Below are positions 60,487-64,000 of a DNA stretch of 64,000 nt, in pieces (positions within the stretch are counted from its first letter, which is position 1; each line of letters begins with the position of its first letter). The stretch spans positions 34,224-98,223 of the forward strand of contig JAYFPQ010000017.1 in the NCBI GenBank assembly GCA_034927595.1, in the 5' to 3' direction. The notes beneath the pieces are model-generated. The model saw only the letters and a list, made by a program, of their open reading frames with translations. It made no database searches and was not told where the DNA came from. This DNA comes from Christensenella sp. (GTDB lineage Bacteria; Bacillota; Clostridia; Christensenellales; CAG-138). The position numbers and the translations under genes were made by a program.

Positions 60487-61440
60487 TTATTTCTCGCTCA
60501 GAATTGCCAGAGCGGCACTGCGATCCGTAATCAGCACGTCGATGTACTTTCCCTTGAGCGCGCCGGTGATGATGTCCTTCTTTTCCTCGCCGCAGGCAAC
60601 GCCGATGACGGTTGGAATTCGCTTGAGGTCGTCCAGCGAGGCGGAGATGATTCGATCCATGAGCGGGGTTTCGCAGCGGTGCCCGTCAATATCGATGTAC
60701 CGCCCGCAGATGTCCCCAACCGCGCCCTCGTTGCGCAGGGACTGCGCGTCCTCCATGCTGATGTGGCCGGAGCGGAACTGTGCGCTGAGTTCCGGCCGCG
60801 TGGAGCCGAGACCGACGACGGCGACGTTTGCGCTCGAAAGCCGCTGAAAATGCTCCTGAATGTGCGGCTCGTCCATTAGCAGGTCGCGCAGCACCTTGCT
60901 TTTGACCATAAACGGCGCCTGCAGCAGGTAGCTGTCCCCGTTGAACGCGCTGGCGAGCGTCAGCGCGAGGGCGTTTGCGTCCGTATCCGTGGTTTTGTTG
61001 CCAATGCCGCCGAGCAGTTGAATCACGTCCACCCGCTTATAGGCGTTGTGCCGAATGTTCTTGACCACGTAGCTCAGCGTGGTGCCCCAGGCGATTGCCA
61101 GCAGCGAGCCGTTTTCGAGGAACGACTCCAGATAGATCGCCGCCGCGGCGCCGACGTTTTGCTTGCTTTCCTCAAGATTGTGGCTGCTGGGCGCAACGAT
61201 GACATGGCGAATACCAAAGCGATCCTGAATGCGCTTGGCCCGCTCAATACCGAAGGAAGAGATGTCATCGATGCGAATCTGTACGATACCGGAGGAGATG
61301 GAGCTTTTCAGCAGGCGCGAAACCGTTGGGCGCGAAACGTGAACCTCCTGGGCGATCTCCTCCTGCGAGTGACCTTCCAGGTAGTAGAGCTTGGCGACCT
61401 TGATCAATAAATCGCGTTTTTCATCCAGCGGTTGCGTCAT
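60487..61440 (-). CDS. SorC/DeoR(Bsu)-family sugar-binding transcriptional regulator (second, diverged paralogue)
   Basis: 317 aa. VAKLYYLEGHSQEEIAQEVHVSRPTVSRLLKSSISSGIVQI, and the same domain order as 59426..60379. Confidence 0.85.
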   Translation of the reverse strand: MTQPLDEKRDLLIKVAKLYYLEGHSQEEIAQEVHVSRPTVSRLLKSSISSGIVQIRIDDISSFGIERAKRIQDRFGIRHVIVAPSSHNLEESKQNVGAAAAIYLESFLENGSLLAIAWGTTLSYVVKNIRHNAYKRVDVIQLLGGIGNKTTDTDANALALTLASAFNGDSYLLQAPFMVKSKVLRDLLMDEPHIQEHFQRLSSANVAVVGLGSTRPELSAQFRSGHISMEDAQSLRNEGAVGDICGRYIDIDGHRCETPLMDRIISASLDDLKRIPTVIGVACGEEKKDIITGALKGKYIDVLITDRSAALAILSEK

Positions 61441-61587
61441 TCAAACACCCCTTACGTCGATAATCTGAATATAGTGCATCGAGTTTCGCTTGTCAAGGGA
61501 AATGCGAGCAAATGTTATGAATGGAGAACAAAATGAACGCAAATGCGAATATAACAAACGAATTAGACCGTTGTAACATCTATTAGA

Positions 61588-61601
61588 TGAACATATGTTC
61601 A
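61588..61601. promoter_or_regulatory. perfect 14-bp palindrome TGAACATATGTTCA (SOS/Cheo-box-like core GAAC-N4-GTTC)
   Basis: It lies in the divergent region between the minus-strand SorC gene and rpe, 17 bp upstream of the rpe -35. Confidence 0.6.
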
Positions 61602-61617
61602 ATAAGCCGCAATAATA

Positions 61618-61646
61618 TTGACATAAAAACCCTTCGTGCCTATATT
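61618..61646 (+). promoter_or_regulatory. candidate promoter of the rpe-SDR-SDR operon
   Basis: TTGACA (61618..61623), a 17-nt spacer, TATATT (61641..61646). Confidence 0.55.
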
Positions 61647-61677
61647 GATAACAGAACGAATCAACGGGGTATTCCGC

Positions 61678-62322
61678 ATGAAACAAGTATCGGCGTCCAT
61701 TCTTTCCGCAAACTGGCTTTGCCTTGGCGAAGAGCTCCGGCGGGCGGAGAACGCAGGCTGCGACTGCATCCATGTCGACGTGACGGACGGGCACTTCGTC
61801 TCCAACCTGACCATGGGCATGGACATTACGCGCGCGGTGTGCAAGGCGACGAGCCTTCGCGTGGACGTGCATCTAATGATTGCCGAGCCCGGCCGGTTCA
61901 TCGCCGCGTTTGCCGAGGCGGGCGCGGACTCGATTACCTTTCACGCCGAGGCGACCACGCACGCGTTTGAGCTGATCAAGGCGATCAAGAAAGAGGGCAA
62001 GCTCGTTGGCGTCGCGCTCGACCCGGCAACCCCGGTGGAGACGATTGAGCACTATCTCGACCAGCTCGACCTCGTGCTGCTCGTTTCCGTCTGCGTCGGC
62101 TTTGGCGGACAGAAGTTCATCGACGCGGTGGACGAGAAGATCAAACGCCTCGCGAAGATGCGCGAGGAGCGCGGATTGCACTTCGAGATTCAGGTGGACG
62201 GCGGCATCAACACCGAAAACGGCAGCGAGAAGCGTGCACTCGGCGTGGACAATCTCGTCGGCGGGTCGATGATCTTCCTCGCGGAGGACATCGACGATAC
62301 GGTTCGTCGGTTAAAAGCCTGA
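61678..62322 (+). CDS. rpe: ribulose-phosphate 3-epimerase
   Basis: Track ORF is 61636..62322 (GTG). The ATG at 61678 gives MKQVSASILSANWLCLGEELRRAENAGCDCIHVDVTDGHFVSNLTMG. VDGGIN near the C-terminus. Confidence 0.88.
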   Translation: MKQVSASILSANWLCLGEELRRAENAGCDCIHVDVTDGHFVSNLTMGMDITRAVCKATSLRVDVHLMIAEPGRFIAAFAEAGADSITFHAEATTHAFELIKAIKKEGKLVGVALDPATPVETIEHYLDQLDLVLLVSVCVGFGGQKFIDAVDEKIKRLAKMREERGLHFEIQVDGGINTENGSEKRALGVDNLVGGSMIFLAEDIDDTVRRLKA

Positions 62323-62400
62323 CATCGATTCCGCTTCAAAATAGTTTATCCATATAAATAAAACTTCATAAAGAAATGATAGCAAACAGGAGGAACCAAT

Positions 62401-63189
62401 ATGAGTCTCACAAGTGATCGAATCCAGGGTAAGGTTTGCGTCGTCACCGGCGCGGCAAAGAGCATCGGCTTTGCCATTGCGGAGAAATACGCGCAGTCGG
62501 GCGCGAAGGTCGTGTTGATCGACATCGACCCGCTCGTGGAAGCCTCCGCCAAATCGCTGGCGGACAAGGGCTACACCGCAAAGGCGTATGTGCTGAACAT
62601 TACGAACCGTGACGCGGTGCTCAAGTGCTTTGAGGACATCGTGGCGACCTACGGCGATGTTTTCGCGCTGGTCAACAATGCGGGCGTCGTCGATACCCGC
62701 CCGTTCGAAGAGAACGACGAGGCCATTCTGGACAAGATGTTCAAGGTAAACGTCTACGGCACGACCTATTGCATGCAGGGCGCGCTGCCGAGCATGAAGA
62801 AGAGCAAGCAGGGCAAGATCATCAACTTCGCGTCGAAGTCCGGCAAGACCGGCTCCGCGTTGATGGGGCCCTATAGCGCAGCAAAGGGCGCGGTCATTGT
62901 GCTGACGCAGGCGCTGGCGTTTGAATATGCCGCCGACAACCTCAACATCAACGCCGTCTGCCCCGGCATTACGGACGCGACGGGCGTTTGGTCCTCCGTC
63001 AGCAAAGGCTACGTCGAGAACATGAAGATGGAGCGCGACGAGATCGTGAAAAAGTTCACCGCCAAGGTGCCGCTTGGCCGCCTGACGGACATTCAGGACG
63101 TGGTGGAATTCGTCTTCTTCCTCACCGTGTCCGGCGACTACTGCACGGGTCAGGCGTTTAACATCACCGGCGGACGCGAAATGCACTAA
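62401..63189 (+). CDS. short-chain dehydrogenase/reductase (polyol or sugar-acid dehydrogenase-like)
   Basis: 262 aa. VVTGAAKSIGFAIA, NNAG, YSAAKGAV. RBS AGGAGGAA. Confidence 0.8.
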   Translation: MSLTSDRIQGKVCVVTGAAKSIGFAIAEKYAQSGAKVVLIDIDPLVEASAKSLADKGYTAKAYVLNITNRDAVLKCFEDIVATYGDVFALVNNAGVVDTRPFEENDEAILDKMFKVNVYGTTYCMQGALPSMKKSKQGKIINFASKSGKTGSALMGPYSAAKGAVIVLTQALAFEYAADNLNINAVCPGITDATGVWSSVSKGYVENMKMERDEIVKKFTAKVPLGRLTDIQDVVEFVFFLTVSGDYCTGQAFNITGGREMH

Positions 63190-63213
63190 GCGGCAAAGCA
63201 AAGGAGCACGGCT

Positions 63214-63978
63214 ATGGAATTAAATCTGAAGGGCAAAACCGCCATCGTTACTGGCGGAACCACCGGACTTGGCGCGGGCATCTGCGACGTTCTCGCGGAA
63301 GAGGGCATGAACATCATCGCGAACTATCTCTTCGACGAAGAGAGTTCCGTTCGCTTTGCCAAGGAACTCGGCGAGAAATACGGCACGAAGTGTGTTGCCA
63401 TGTACGGCGACATCTCCAAGGCGGAGGACATCGATAAAATCTTTGAGCAGGCGGAGCAGGAGTTTGGCCATGTGGATGTTCTCGTGAACAACGCGGGCAT
63501 CTGGCCCACCACGCCGGTGGAAAAGATGACCGATGAGGAATGGAAAAAGGTCATCGACATCGATCTCAACGGCACATTCATGTTCTCCAAGCGCGCAATT
63601 CTGCATTTTCTCAAGCACGATGTCAAAGGTCACGTCGTGAGCATTTCGTCCAAGTCCGGCTTTACCGTTTCCTCGCCGGACCACGCGCATTATGTCGCGG
63701 CCAAGGGCGCGGTAAACATGATGACCAAAGCGCTTGCGCGCGAATTCTCCTCCCGCGGGATCATCGTCAACGGCGTTGCGCCGGGCATGGTGCGCACCCC
63801 GCTCAACGAGGACAAGCTCTCCCAGCCAGAGTGGCTGAAGTACTACGAGGACCGCATTCCGGTCGGCCGTGTTTCGACCGCACGTGAAGTGGCCTATACG
63901 GTCGCCTTCCTCGCCTCGGAAAAGGGCATGTACATCACCGGCGCAATTGTGGACGTTACCGGCGGCATGTTGATCTAA
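63214..63978 (+). CDS. short-chain dehydrogenase/reductase (second, tandem)
   Basis: 254 aa. IVTGGTTGLGAGI, NNAG, YVAAKGAV. RBS AAAGGAG. Confidence 0.8.
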   Translation: MELNLKGKTAIVTGGTTGLGAGICDVLAEEGMNIIANYLFDEESSVRFAKELGEKYGTKCVAMYGDISKAEDIDKIFEQAEQEFGHVDVLVNNAGIWPTTPVEKMTDEEWKKVIDIDLNGTFMFSKRAILHFLKHDVKGHVVSISSKSGFTVSSPDHAHYVAAKGAVNMMTKALAREFSSRGIIVNGVAPGMVRTPLNEDKLSQPEWLKYYEDRIPVGRVSTAREVAYTVAFLASEKGMYITGAIVDVTGGMLI

Positions 63979-64000
63979 CGCGACAATTCGAATAACAGCA

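Noticed and set aside
1-64000. Mobile elements, prophage, defence islands, toxin-antitoxin pairs, rRNA/tRNA genes.
   Set aside because: I read through all ORFs of at least 60 aa and all intergenic gaps over 100 bp. I found no transposase, integrase or recombinase motifs, no terminal inverted repeats flanking a compositional island, no cas/RM/Abi-like proteins, and no structured RNA genes that I could recognise.

Overview
This is a GC-rich, gene-dense chromosomal segment. The gene families suggest an anaerobic Firmicute (Clostridia-type) genome: FabK-type FAS II, YesM/YesN, CcdA, tungsten-type AOR, and lipoproteins with Ala/Glu/Pro tethers. That assignment is inference only, since no database search was possible. 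I call 62 protein-coding genes (one cut by the window edge) and one pseudogene. I see no rRNA, tRNA or CRISPR array, and no recognisable transposase, integrase, phage or classical defence gene.

Layout, left to right:
1. Partial lipoprotein (1-337, minus strand).
2. A four-gene c-di-GMP signalling island (848-8726). It holds an HTH-less LacI-core::GGDEF cyclase, an orphan solute-binding lipoprotein, a REC::HD-GYP phosphodiesterase, and a 976-aa hybrid kinase with a periplasmic SBP-like sensor and an HPt domain.
3. A PadR/DUF2812 pair, followed by a two-LysM gene killed by one in-frame TAA.
4. A MarR(FabT-like)-accBCDA-fabH-acpP-fabK-fabD-fabG-fabF-fabZ fatty-acid synthesis block (10424-20350).
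5. An ABC-2 exporter operon ending in a TetR gene, with twin palindromic operators (20457-24096).
6. A nine-gene ArsR-controlled arsenic-type island that lacks ArsC. Instead it carries a thiol-redox module (ferredoxin, membrane thioredoxin, CcdA, Trx_3, CoADR-rhodanese) next to ArsP and Acr3 (24179-30369).
7. VOC and DUF523-like genes, then MoaD-like/ferredoxin/aldehyde:ferredoxin oxidoreductase.
8. A minus-strand operon of a polytopic membrane protein, a DPPR-synthase-like UbiA prenyltransferase and an LRR lipoprotein (34359-38677).
9. A YesN/YesM two-component pair with two extra binding proteins, followed by mglBAC (39008-48609).
10. An aldo/keto reductase divergent from a sugar ABC importer plus an L-xylulose-5-P-type pathway. 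That pathway comprises an AraD-like epimerase, a UlaE-like epimerase, an AllA-fold cupin and an FGGY kinase. Two SorC regulators, rpe and two SDRs follow (48874-63978).

Best candidates for something undescribed:
- the c-di-GMP island;
- the ArsC-less arsenic/thiol-redox island with Cys-rich tails;
- the UbiA + polytopic membrane protein + LRR lipoprotein envelope operon;
- the binding-protein-assisted sugar sensor;
- the cupin-containing L-xylulose-type catabolic cluster, with its shared TTGACAAATGTCAA operators.

All domain calls come from reading motifs by eye. Coordinates of starts and domains are best estimates.
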